This document shows positions 53,273 to 62,653 of a DNA stretch of 64,000 nt, piece by piece; the stretch's first letter is position 1, and each line of letters opens with the position of its first letter. The notes under the pieces are model-generated. The model was not told where the DNA came from and searched no databases. It worked only from the letters and a program-made list of their open reading frames with translations. Location of the stretch: IMG/VR virus record IMGVR_UViG_3300025849_003344. One strand, 5' to 3'. The DNA comes from a virus. Lineage: Duplodnaviria > Caudoviricetes. The position numbers and the translations under genes are program-made.

Positions 53273-54528
53273 TTTATGCGCTATTCGGCATTCTTGCCGG
53301 AACAGTCTTTGGCATTATTCCAGGCGCTGGTCCTTTCCTAGCAATTGCCACACTTTATCCCATACTTGCCACATTTGATCCAATTGGGATTATGATATTT
53401 TATGTGGCTTTGCTTATTACATCAAACTATACAAACAGCGTAACTGCTATTCTTTATGGAATACCAGGAGATGCAGGAGCTGTAACTACTGCAAGATACG
53501 GCCATAAAATGTTTCTAGAAGGCAAAGGACATTATGCGGTAAGTAGTAACGCAATATCGAGTACGATAGGATCTATTTTTGCAATCGTGGTATTTCTAAT
53601 ATCACTTCCATTTATATTTCAGTTATTTAAATTTTACAATTCTACGATTCAATTAATTGTTATCAGCATTGCTATTATATTCCTAACAATAATGACAAAG
53701 CAGGCTTATTGGAAAACCATAGTTCTTTTTATTCTTGGTGGAATATTAGCCAAGATCGGATATGATAATCTGACAAAAGAAACATGGGGAACATTTGGAT
53801 TTACATATCTAACCCTTGGCATACCTTTTAGCACAATTATGATTGGTCTCTATATTGTCCCTGAGTTACTTAAGTTTGCTGAGAAAGATTTTACTGGTAA
53901 AAATAAAATTACAAAGTTTGCGTATGATCTAAGCACTTGGAAGGCTACGGCCACCGGTAGTTTTGTAGGATTTTGGTGTGGCTTAGTTCCTGGAATTACA
54001 AATGTTTTAGGCAGCTATCTAAGCGCTAATTTTATGAAGAAGGACATAGATAAAATAGCTGCAGCAGAAGCTGCTAATAATAGTGGAGCATTAAGTTCTC
54101 TTCTTCCGCTTATTATTTTAGGAATACCGATTGTTGGAAGTGAAGTACTAATATATTATCTTGTAGTTACTCGTGGATTTACTTTTGATTTAGAAAACAT
54201 TTACATGCTACAAGACGTATTGTATTATATTCCAATCGTATTAGTAGCATGCTTAGTTTTATCATGGTTGTATTTTAATCAACTAGGATATATTGCGGAT
54301 CTATATAAAAGATATAAGCACTATTTTATTATTGGCATTTTTGTATTCATCTCTGTTATGAGCATATACATATACCCAATAAAATTTTGGATAATAACAT
54401 GTCTGATAGTCACAACTGGAATTGGATTTCTTATAAGAAAGTGGGAAACGTTCCCAATTCTGTATGGATTCTTTTTAACTGATTTATTCTATAACAACCT
54501 ATTACGAGTCATAGCGATATACACATGA
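53269..54528 (+). CDS. tctA: Tripartite tricarboxylate transporter large subunit, TctA family
   Basis: FGIIPGAG...YGIPGD...GLVPG...AAAEAANNS...LIILGIP. Confidence 0.85.
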   Translation: MIYALFGILAGTVFGIIPGAGPFLAIATLYPILATFDPIGIMIFYVALLITSNYTNSVTAILYGIPGDAGAVTTARYGHKMFLEGKGHYAVSSNAISSTIGSIFAIVVFLISLPFIFQLFKFYNSTIQLIVISIAIIFLTIMTKQAYWKTIVLFILGGILAKIGYDNLTKETWGTFGFTYLTLGIPFSTIMIGLYIVPELLKFAEKDFTGKNKITKFAYDLSTWKATATGSFVGFWCGLVPGITNVLGSYLSANFMKKDIDKIAAAEAANNSGALSSLLPLIILGIPIVGSEVLIYYLVVTRGFTFDLENIYMLQDVLYYIPIVLVACLVLSWLYFNQLGYIADLYKRYKHYFIIGIFVFISVMSIYIYPIKFWIITCLIVTTGIGFLIRKWETFPILYGFFLTDLFYNNLLRVIAIYT

Positions 54529-55679
54529 ATAATTTAATATTAGGATACAAACGAGGGTATTATCGGTGCCAGGCTATTCAAACAGCGTTAGCTAAATTTC
54601 AGCAGAAGTCAACTATTATAACTGATGAAGATGATTTTGAAAAGATCGAAGGCAACTATGATCGAATATTTACAATGTCAGAAAGCTTACTGCCATTACA
54701 ATACAAATTAGAACAGCAATTAGGAATTAATAACCTAACAAAAGAGTCAGTTGAAATACTTACTAATAAATTTAAAATGGATGAATACGCCAGATCTTTA
54801 GGGTTTACTATTACACCTAAAAGTGTATTGCCTGAAAATGCTGAAGATCTAAACGCATTTGGAGATAAACCTGTTTTTGTAAAACCTGTTGTTGGATCTG
54901 GCACAAAAGATCAGCATCATAACTTTCCATACACTGCATTTAAAAATAAAGATGAATTGTTAAAGCATGTAAGTTTTAATACATGGATTGATAAAGACTT
55001 TAACAACACGCAAAATCAATTGATGGTTCAAGAACATTTACCAGACAACTCAGAGATATACGCGCTTTATGCTTATGTCAATTCTTCTGGAAGAGTCACA
55101 CCTCTCTATTGGTGTAAAGGCATCATAATGGTGAATAATAGGACTGAGACACATTGGCAACCAAGAAATTACTCATTTGAAGGAATACCCACAAATGAAG
55201 TTCCAGGAAAAATAAAACATACCGTGACTTATTTCTATCAAAAATTAGTAGACGGACTTAAAATAAAAAATCTATCAATGGTTGCTGACTTTTATTATTT
55301 TGATGACACGATTAAATTCATTGATTTAAATCCACGTATCGGCCAAGGAATGGTTATGTACGACGATTTATGTGACAATGAATTTTTACCTAATGTCTTT
55401 GCAGAAATGCCTTTACCAGAATTTAAAAGACATTTGTGGAAAGAAACTAAGTTAAAGGCCGGAACCATAAAAAGTGTTGGCGATTATAAATCTGTAGAAG
55501 GAGCGGGCGTTGCTTCAAATTTTCATTTGCATGATGGTGTTGTAATACCGGAAGAATACTGTTTATCAAGTCAGGATTTTCATTTTTCATTATTCGTATC
55601 TGGAAAAGAAAAAACCGATATGTACGAAACATATCGGTCTTCCCATAATCAATTACAAGCTTGTATAGAATATTATTGA
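54525..55679 (+). CDS. ATP-grasp domain protein
   Basis: LTNKFKM, VFVKPVVGSGT, VQEHL, FIDLNPRIG. Confidence 0.85.
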   Translation: MNNLILGYKRGYYRCQAIQTALAKFQQKSTIITDEDDFEKIEGNYDRIFTMSESLLPLQYKLEQQLGINNLTKESVEILTNKFKMDEYARSLGFTITPKSVLPENAEDLNAFGDKPVFVKPVVGSGTKDQHHNFPYTAFKNKDELLKHVSFNTWIDKDFNNTQNQLMVQEHLPDNSEIYALYAYVNSSGRVTPLYWCKGIIMVNNRTETHWQPRNYSFEGIPTNEVPGKIKHTVTYFYQKLVDGLKIKNLSMVADFYYFDDTIKFIDLNPRIGQGMVMYDDLCDNEFLPNVFAEMPLPEFKRHLWKETKLKAGTIKSVGDYKSVEGAGVASNFHLHDGVVIPEEYCLSSQDFHFSLFVSGKEKTDMYETYRSSHNQLQACIEYY

Positions 55680-56443
55680 GTATTGAGAGCTACAGCAGCT
55701 TTAACTTTATCAACAATCATATTTGCATTTGCATCATTTACGACATAAGTCTCAGTTCCTTCAAATGCTGCCAACCATTCATCAGTTGACATTAGTTCGG
55801 CTACGGCTGCGCGCGCTTGCCATACAACGGCCTCTGATGCATTAACGGCAAGAATAATATCAACAAATGCAAAGTCTAGATCACCATTTGCGCTAAAGGC
55901 AAAACAATTTCCGTCTGCTTCAATTTTTTCTTGTCGTGTTTGAATAGTAAAAATAGTATCTGCATCATTAGCAAGATAACCACGAGTTGTTCCGCCTGAA
56001 CCTTCATATGGAACAATCTCAAAATTTACATTATTTGCTTCACCTAACTCATTAATAAATTTAGTTACAGCATCAACGCCACCCCAAGTTGCGACCTTTA
56101 CGGTCTGACCTGCCATATCATCAACCGAGTTGAATGTACGACTGCACATTACTGTTTCATATGTTTGAAGAGCTACGATGGTTGAATCATCAATTGCCAC
56201 TGTTGGCATTTCTGAATCACCTGGCCATTCTGTACTCCACATTGTGAGCACATCGCCACCATCAAAGTAGGTAGACGCTACCACTGGATTTCCAGCTTGT
56301 ACAAAATTATGATCGATTTTAGTACCAACCATATCTAGTACTGCTTTAAACCCGCCCGAATCAGATCCGGTATTAACAATTGTAGTAGCATTTGCGAGAG
56401 GAGCAGCCAAGGAAAAGGCTGCGGCTAGAATAACATTTTTCAT
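55673..56443 (-). CDS. TctC-like periplasmic substrate-binding protein
   Basis: Signal peptide (ANA-T); FEIVPYEGSGGTTRGYLANDAD resembles the TctC PYxG motif. Confidence 0.65.
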   Translation of the reverse strand: MKNVILAAAFSLAAPLANATTIVNTGSDSGGFKAVLDMVGTKIDHNFVQAGNPVVASTYFDGGDVLTMWSTEWPGDSEMPTVAIDDSTIVALQTYETVMCSRTFNSVDDMAGQTVKVATWGGVDAVTKFINELGEANNVNFEIVPYEGSGGTTRGYLANDADTIFTIQTRQEKIEADGNCFAFSANGDLDFAFVDIILAVNASEAVVWQARAAVAELMSTDEWLAAFEGTETYVVNDANANMIVDKVKAAVALNTQ

Positions 56444-56532
56444 TATCAGTCCTTATTTACAAAAAATTATAAAGTGTGGGGCTAACCTCGGCCCCACGCG
56501 CATCCGATAGTGGATGATACTTCTTCTATATA

Positions 56533-56901
56533 TTAGAAAGAAAAGCTAGCGCCAATTACGACATCGCCGCGAGTTTCGTTTTCTAAATCATAATCAGTTT
56601 CAACATATACTTCTGCGTTGTCGAAGATACCATAACCGACTTTAAAGTCAAGTGTTGGATTTGTATCCATGAATACAAACTCGTCGTTGTAAATCATGAG
56701 ATCAGTTGAAAGTGTAAAGTCCATGCCGTAAAGACCATAACCCATTTCTGGAGTAAGTTCAACGGTCATGTTTTCAACATCGACATTATATTCAGCAGTT
56801 GTTGTAGCACCAAGTGAGATACCAGTGGCTCCAAGCTCAGCGGCTTGAATAGTTGTTGCTGAGGCCAGCAACACAGCAGCAGTAATAGCAGCAAATTTCA
56901 T
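56533..56901 (-). CDS. Small outer-membrane beta-barrel/porin-like protein
   Basis: Signal peptide, amphipathic beta strands, C-terminal IGASFSF. Confidence 0.7.
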   Translation of the reverse strand: MKFAAITAAVLLASATTIQAAELGATGISLGATTTAEYNVDVENMTVELTPEMGYGLYGMDFTLSTDLMIYNDEFVFMDTNPTLDFKVGYGIFDNAEVYVETDYDLENETRGDVVIGASFSF

Positions 56902-56925
56902 TAGTTTATTTCCCTTATAAGAAAG

Positions 56926-57156
56926 TTATTTTCGATTCCAGATTTCGTATAGAACCCAAACAGCAAGTAAACCTACAAGGCCTTGTGATCCCAATGCGGC
57001 TATCATAGCACTTACATTAGCCACAACGCTTACAGCAGGAATGAATGGAAGTGTTCCCACGCCCAATACTTCAAGTACAATCATGAGAGCGGCGATACTA
57101 ATACCGACTTCTGCTAGTCCAGCAGCCCATGTTTTTACTTTGTTTAGAATGTCCAT
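56926..57156 (-). CDS. Small membrane protein
   Basis: Two hydrophobic helices. Confidence 0.65.
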   Translation of the reverse strand: MDILNKVKTWAAGLAEVGISIAALMIVLEVLGVGTLPFIPAVSVVANVSAMIAALGSQGLVGLLAVWVLYEIWNRK

Positions 57157-57174
57157 AGTTGTCCCCTTAGAAGT

Positions 57175-57430
57175 TAAAACGCCACACTTCTGTTACTAGG
57201 CAGTGGCCGCCCTCTTAATTATGCAGCTAGTGCGTAATCAGATGGTGCAAAATTATTGTTTGCATTTGTAGTGATTGACCTATTTCGCAGTCAGCCGGTA
57301 AACTCCACGTCACTTTCACACCTGTCGATCCTATTTCAGCCCCATCAAAAATACACATTATGTACTTATGGTGGAGCTGCCGGGTACCGCCCCCGGGTCC
57401 AGTATGTGTCTACGTTGCTTCAACGTTTAC
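57175..57430 (-). ncRNA. ssrA: Circularly permuted two-piece tmRNA
   Basis: Acceptor piece ...GACCCGGGGGCGGTACCCGGCAGCTCCACCA (ends 57369), 25-nt spacer, coding piece GGGGCTGAAATAGGATCGAC from 57343, tag ANNNFAPSDYALAA* (57263-57219); outer ends approximate. Confidence 0.92.
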
Positions 57431-57524
57431 AAGATTATTTATGACGTATTTGGCGTAATCCCTGACTATACGTGGGCTGTGTGATATAATTATCACTCGT
57501 CCGTCTTCGCCATAAGCTGTGTAT

Positions 57525-57881
57525 TTATTCTTCCTCTTGACTATCGTGTACATGTAATTGTAATAGCGCGTAATGAATGACTTTTAGAAGATCCTTGCGC
57601 GCATCCTCTCTAGTACCTTTTTTGCCATAACGATTTGCGTACTTGTCAACATTACCCATACAGAAACCAGTACCGTGACCTCTAGCAATAATAACTTCAG
57701 TCGATTGAAACTTATTTGTAGCGTAGTGACCTTTATACGTCGAGTCAATATATTCTTTTAGCTCTTGCATATATTTATCTTCACCGAACTTATAATCAAT
57801 TAGATCGAGTTCTGGGAAATCAAATGTAGTATCACCTAGAGTTATAGTTAAGTTGTCTGTCGTCATGATTGAATCCTTCAT
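57525..57881 (-). CDS. DUF3310-like protein
   Basis: YKGHY...GFCMGNVDKYANRYGKK...DLLKVIHY. Confidence 0.75.
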   Translation of the reverse strand: MKDSIMTTDNLTITLGDTTFDFPELDLIDYKFGEDKYMQELKEYIDSTYKGHYATNKFQSTEVIIARGHGTGFCMGNVDKYANRYGKKGTREDARKDLLKVIHYALLQLHVHDSQEEE

Positions 57882-58370
57882 TTATTTTTCCCAGTAAAAT
57901 ATGTGTGCTCCGATACGAGCAATACGGTTAAGTTTCTTTGACCAGAATGGTTTAGCATAAGTAGCGTGATAGTGTGTTGCGCCTTCAGTAATTCCACGAA
58001 ATTCACCATGGATATACATGTCCCGAGCAAACTTACGTGATTTTTCCCATGCTTCATCATCGTGTGGAGTATCTGATTTGCCATCACAATACCAGCTAAA
58101 TTGGCAATAACGGTTGCCTTTTTTATATCCTTGATGAACTACATCGCATGGTGTGTTTGGATAACGTGTGCTTTCTACACGATTTAAAACAACATCAGTG
58201 ACTGCCATTGCATCCGCTAAGCTACGAGAATGTGTCTCATAATAAACGTTAAGCGCTAAGCATTCTAATTGTTTTTCTTGTTCTACCTTTTCTGCCGCGT
58301 CTACTCCGATAGCCATAACGCTTGTTGCAACTATAGTGTTAATCATTACTGATGCGATTAACTTTTTCAT
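57882..58370 (-). CDS. SleB/Hydrolase_2 cell-wall hydrolase
   Basis: CLALNVYYE...VVLNRV...CQFSWYCDG...GATHYHA...IGAHIFY; early promoter 58402-58430. Confidence 0.9.
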   Translation of the reverse strand: MKKLIASVMINTIVATSVMAIGVDAAEKVEQEKQLECLALNVYYETHSRSLADAMAVTDVVLNRVESTRYPNTPCDVVHQGYKKGNRYCQFSWYCDGKSDTPHDDEAWEKSRKFARDMYIHGEFRGITEGATHYHATYAKPFWSKKLNRIARIGAHIFYWEK

Positions 58371-58433
58371 GGTACTGCCTCATTTTTTTATATATGAGTA
58401 TACCTTAACATGTTTTAAAAGCAATGTACACAG

Positions 58434-59114
58434 TTAATTTAGCTTTATTGGAAATATTTTTTCAATAGCTTTACCTACTTCGATAGCCAAATCCATATGT
58501 TCTTTCTGTGTTCCATTTGCAGATCGAAGTTCGATATAATGAATCCATGATCTAATAGTACCATTCACATACAATCTAGAAACGGTATTGCCTTCTGGCA
58601 GAACAGCTCTGGCTTGCTCTTTGGCAATGCCTGCTTCAATAGCCCAGTCATAAGCATGCTTCGCCGCTTCGATTACTTTTTGCTGATGGGCATGCCACGC
58701 TCTTTGAAGATGTTTATCATCTGTATCAATTGAGTTCTGGCGGTTCTTAGTATCTTGTAGGCGCGCCTCTCGAATTACAAAATTATTACCAAGATCACGT
58801 ACATCAGCATAGCGCTGACTAAACTCCTGAAAAGAAAACGAACGATGCCGGAGTAACTGTCTGGCGATGTCTCTTGTCGTGGTGACTTCGATGCACGCTG
58901 ACGCCATTTCGAATGGTGACCAGTGCTTGTGCTTGACGAGGTACTCCAAGAGTTTTTGTGTTGTCTTTGTGTTCCGCTGATTCGACGGATTGGAGACACG
59001 GGCGGCAAACGCGATGAGATCCGCAATGTTATCTAAACCTCCTATTGCCAATTCTCCGCCATGAATACGGTAAGATGGCTGACTGTGTGAAATTAGGCGA
59101 GCTTCCATGGTCAT
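58434..59114 (-). CDS. thyX: FAD-dependent thymidylate synthase
   Basis: HWSPFE...RQLLRHRSFSFQEFSQRY...RSWIHYIELR. Confidence 0.95.
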   Translation of the reverse strand: MTMEARLISHSQPSYRIHGGELAIGGLDNIADLIAFAARVSNPSNQRNTKTTQKLLEYLVKHKHWSPFEMASACIEVTTTRDIARQLLRHRSFSFQEFSQRYADVRDLGNNFVIREARLQDTKNRQNSIDTDDKHLQRAWHAHQQKVIEAAKHAYDWAIEAGIAKEQARAVLPEGNTVSRLYVNGTIRSWIHYIELRSANGTQKEHMDLAIEVGKAIEKIFPIKLN

Positions 59115-60475
59115 AGTTTAAAGTCCTCAAATCTTTTATTTGCTTCTGATTTATCAAATACTGGAGTATCATCCATTAGAGATTGGTTATTTTCGTCTAC
59201 GTCAAATAGACGCATCTTAGATCTATCTATTCCTAGAATAAACCTTTTCTTATATGTTGGATCATTATAGCGATTCTTCAATTGCTTAACCATCAGTTGT
59301 CCTTGTTGTTCAAGTTCTTCGGTTGAAACAAGTGCGAACATAAGGTCGGCCGTTGCGGGTAATCCAAAAGACTCGGACGTATCTTCAAGCCCAACATCTG
59401 AGTTAGAGTAACCACTACGCGTCGTCTGAGTTGCAGATACGACCGGAACGTCAAATTCAACTGCAAGGCCTCTAAGTTCTTCTGCAATCGCTTTGACATA
59501 AGTGTAAGAGTTGATAGCACCGCCCATACCTTTCATACGTGAAGACGAACAGATATTTAAATAATCAATAAAGATAATATCTGGTTCAAATTTCTTTTTA
59601 AGTTTTAACTCATTTAGTAATGCCCTAAAGTGCCCAGAGTGTGCTGAACCCGTTGGATATTCTTTTACGATCAATCGGCCAGTTGTTTGTTTTGCTAGTT
59701 GAGATACCTTTTGTGAAAACATATCTTTCGAAAGTTTGTCTAGCTGATCAATAGGGATATTAAGAAGATTAGCATCAATGCGTTCAGCGATACGTTCTTC
59801 TGCCATTTCCATAGTAATATACAAAACATTTTTTTGGTCAGTCAATGCTGCAGCGCCCATGTGGCACATAAACAAAGACTTACCGACACCGGTGCCAGCC
59901 AAAGCAATATTCAATGTCTTGTTTGGCAAGCCGCCCTTAGTAATCTTATTAAAGTAGTCGAGATCAAAGGCAATACGTTCTTCTTCTTTATGGTAAAACT
60001 CATAACGATCATTGAAGTTTTCAATATAGTCATGACCGATATTCGCGTCAAAGTTAACTGCCAGAGCATCAGAGAGGATCTCTGGTAGCGCATTCTTTGA
60101 AAGCGTTTGGTGTTTACCGTCAATAATACTGATAGATTCCATTACTGCATTGTGCAATGCTCTATCTTGACACCACTTCTCGGTTTTATCGATTAGCCAT
60201 TCATAATCAATATCTTCGACTTTAAAGATCTCTGGTAGGATCTCAACAGCATGCCGATATTGTTCATCGTTAAAGCTATCAGAATCATCTAACTCAATCT
60301 TAAATGATTCCTGAGTTGGTAGTTTATTATATTTAGAAACGTATTTGCCGACTTCCTTAAACAGCTGACGATAGACACCTTCAAAATATTCATTATGTAT
60401 AAAAGGTAAAACCTTCCGCATGAATTTATCATTCACCAAAAGGTTTCTCAAAATTGTTTGTTCAATGTTCGTCAA
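59111..60475 (-). CDS. gp41: Replicative DNA helicase gp41
   Basis: AGTGVGKS, ITMEMAEE, IDYLN, ESFGLPATAD, QLKNRY. Confidence 0.95.
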   Translation of the reverse strand: MTNIEQTILRNLLVNDKFMRKVLPFIHNEYFEGVYRQLFKEVGKYVSKYNKLPTQESFKIELDDSDSFNDEQYRHAVEILPEIFKVEDIDYEWLIDKTEKWCQDRALHNAVMESISIIDGKHQTLSKNALPEILSDALAVNFDANIGHDYIENFNDRYEFYHKEEERIAFDLDYFNKITKGGLPNKTLNIALAGTGVGKSLFMCHMGAAALTDQKNVLYITMEMAEERIAERIDANLLNIPIDQLDKLSKDMFSQKVSQLAKQTTGRLIVKEYPTGSAHSGHFRALLNELKLKKKFEPDIIFIDYLNICSSSRMKGMGGAINSYTYVKAIAEELRGLAVEFDVPVVSATQTTRSGYSNSDVGLEDTSESFGLPATADLMFALVSTEELEQQGQLMVKQLKNRYNDPTYKKRFILGIDRSKMRLFDVDENNQSLMDDTPVFDKSEANKRFEDFKL

Positions 60476-60882
60476 AGCATTCCCTCTTCACGCATTTTTG
60501 CACGGATTTTTGTAGCACTAATATTATGAATATCATTACCAAGATCGTGCTGCGTGAAGGTATATCCGACGCCACGACCATAGCTAATGTCTACGATGTT
60601 TGGTACCTCCATTATAACATATTCTTTATTGATAGTAAACCCCTCACGGGCCAATCCTTCAACAATTTGTGAAGAAACAAAATCAAATCCAAAGGGATTA
60701 TCAGTTTGAGCTTCTGTCCTTCCACCGCCAGCATCTTCACCAACAATCCCGCCAACATCACGAACCATAATAACAACTTGCCCGGTTTGACCCAAAGCTT
60801 TTTTAAATAATTCCGTGTGGCCTTTATGCCAAGGCTGCCATCGCCCTAACATTTGCGCCGACGGCTTTTTCCAATCAAACAT
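60472..60882 (-). CDS. Cytidylyltransferase-like HxGH nucleotidyltransferase
   Basis: MLGRWQPWHKGH...ISATKIR. Confidence 0.8.
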   Translation of the reverse strand: MFDWKKPSAQMLGRWQPWHKGHTELFKKALGQTGQVVIMVRDVGGIVGEDAGGGRTEAQTDNPFGFDFVSSQIVEGLAREGFTINKEYVIMEVPNIVDISYGRGVGYTFTQHDLGNDIHNISATKIRAKMREEGML

Positions 60883-61294
60883 GGTATGTCTCCTTCATCC
60901 GGTTAGCTAAATCTAGGATCCACTCATCAGATTGAAATGCGTCAATAACATAATCAAAGTCGGTTGGCTCTTCGAAGATCTTGTTGGTATCATCAAACCG
61001 GCCTGCTTCGATAGTGTTCATCCAAATTATGATATCGGCGTTGAACTCTTGACGAGTAGCACCTGTTGGACAAACAAAGTCACATATGACAGTACGACCT
61101 CTAGTACCTTCAAATGTTGCAATCGTATTCATACGCTCTGATTGTCGCCTACGACCAGCATCACTAAAGTCCCAGTCATTCGCCATTTCCCGTACTTTAT
61201 CAGCATTGTACCAAGCACAATTCAGATGGATCTGTAGCCGCTTGGCTAGATGTGTTTTACCAGAACCTGGCAATCCCATTATTAGTATTTTCAT
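60875..61294 (-). CDS. cysC: Adenylylsulfate (APS) kinase-like protein
   Basis: MGLPGSGKT...NADKVR...WDFSDAGRRRQ...DFVCP...FEEP. Confidence 0.75.
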   Translation of the reverse strand: MKILIMGLPGSGKTHLAKRLQIHLNCAWYNADKVREMANDWDFSDAGRRRQSERMNTIATFEGTRGRTVICDFVCPTGATRQEFNADIIIWMNTIEAGRFDDTNKIFEEPTDFDYVIDAFQSDEWILDLANRMKETYHV

Positions 61295-61596
61295 TTTTTG
61301 TCTTCCATAAGCAATTCATCTTTTAAGATTGCCATTTCAATCACGTCGTGCAGTACTAATCCGGTATATTGTTGAAAGTTTTCGTCGTCAGTATTTAAGG
61401 TATCATCAGGCGTTTCAATGATTTCAAAATTATAATGAATAGCTTCATCTGGCCCATTAATTGTAATAGCGCCAAATTGTATTACTGTTTCAACGTATGG
61501 ACCAGTAAGAACTCTGATCCACCAAGACTGATCGTTTTCTGGTGATGGAATTAATTCGTAATCTACCCCTTCTGAGAGTTTGTCGATATTAATCAT
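61291..61596 (-). CDS. Hypothetical protein (position of T4 gp40)
   Basis: Between uvsX and gene 41. Confidence 0.55.
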   Translation of the reverse strand: MINIDKLSEGVDYELIPSPENDQSWWIRVLTGPYVETVIQFGAITINGPDEAIHYNFEIIETPDDTLNTDDENFQQYTGLVLHDVIEMAILKDELLMEDKK

Positions 61597-62642
61597 TATG
61601 CTTCCTCAATGATTTCATCCATGGATACTTGTTCTCTGTGGCCGATCGTGTATTGCTTTTTCAAGAACTCTTTAAAATCCGTATCAGCAAAGATTGGGTC
61701 CCAGAAGGACTGATCGAGAGTGGCATCGTGCCGAACTTTTGGTCCAACTTCGCCAGTAGTTTGATCGACCATAGCATACCAGCCATTGGAAGGCTTAGTA
61801 ACATAACCACCAGCAAGAGCGCAATCGAGCAAACCAGAATACTTACGGACACCACCGTCCCAAGAAACAGTAATAGGAATTTTAGATTTTTCTTTAACAT
61901 AGCGTGATTTCTCTACATTGATTACAAAATGGTACCCTTGAATCTCTGTACCCTTTTTGTCTTGCTGACGACCAAGGATCCAAATATTATCTGCAGAATA
62001 ATAAATGCCTGTGCCACCAGAAACAATAGCTTTAGGGAACAAGCCGATTTCTTGGTACGTATGATTAACTGCTAACATAGGAATGTTTTTCATAGCAAGA
62101 TATGGCGTGGCCATACGGAACAATCCTTTAAGAGCTTTTGCTCTTGACATATCAGCAACTGACTTTTCGTTTAGTGCATCTTCCATTTCTTTTTTAGAAG
62201 CAAGGTTGCCAATAGAATCAATGACGACAATTACTTTATCACCGCGGTCTAACGATTCTAATTGACCAATCATATCGAATTTTAGTTCTTCTACGTTTGT
62301 AATTGGTGTATGAAGAACACGAGATGTATCAACTTCAAATTGCTCAAAGTATGCCTGAGGTGAACCAAACTCTGAATCATAGAACAACATTACAGCATCT
62401 TTATGCTTTTTCAAATATGCTGCTGCCATAATCAAAGCAAAAGAAGTTTTAAAATGCTTTGAAGGACCTGCAAGAACTGTAAGACCAGAAGCCAAACCTC
62501 CATCTACAGATCCAGATAGCGCCACGTTAATCATTGGCGAATCTGTCGGAGTCATATCTTTTTCATTAAAGAATTTTGACTCAGAAAGAACCTCCGTGTT
62601 TTTTAACTTAGAATTCTTTTTGAGTTTGTCCATTACTGACAT
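61596..62642 (-). CDS. uvsX: UvsX RecA-like recombinase
   Basis: AGPSKHFKT, YDSEFG, IDSIGNLASKKE, VNHTY, EKSRY. Confidence 0.95.
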   Translation of the reverse strand: MSVMDKLKKNSKLKNTEVLSESKFFNEKDMTPTDSPMINVALSGSVDGGLASGLTVLAGPSKHFKTSFALIMAAAYLKKHKDAVMLFYDSEFGSPQAYFEQFEVDTSRVLHTPITNVEELKFDMIGQLESLDRGDKVIVVIDSIGNLASKKEMEDALNEKSVADMSRAKALKGLFRMATPYLAMKNIPMLAVNHTYQEIGLFPKAIVSGGTGIYYSADNIWILGRQQDKKGTEIQGYHFVINVEKSRYVKEKSKIPITVSWDGGVRKYSGLLDCALAGGYVTKPSNGWYAMVDQTTGEVGPKVRHDATLDQSFWDPIFADTDFKEFLKKQYTIGHREQVSMDEIIEEA

Positions 62643-62653
62643 ATGTGTGTCTC

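Noticed and set aside
57256-57444. 62-aa plus-strand ORF
   Set aside because: Lies antisense to the tmRNA, which explains the sequence.
57878-58087. 69-aa minus-strand ORF
   Set aside because: Alternate frame inside the SleB-like hydrolase gene.
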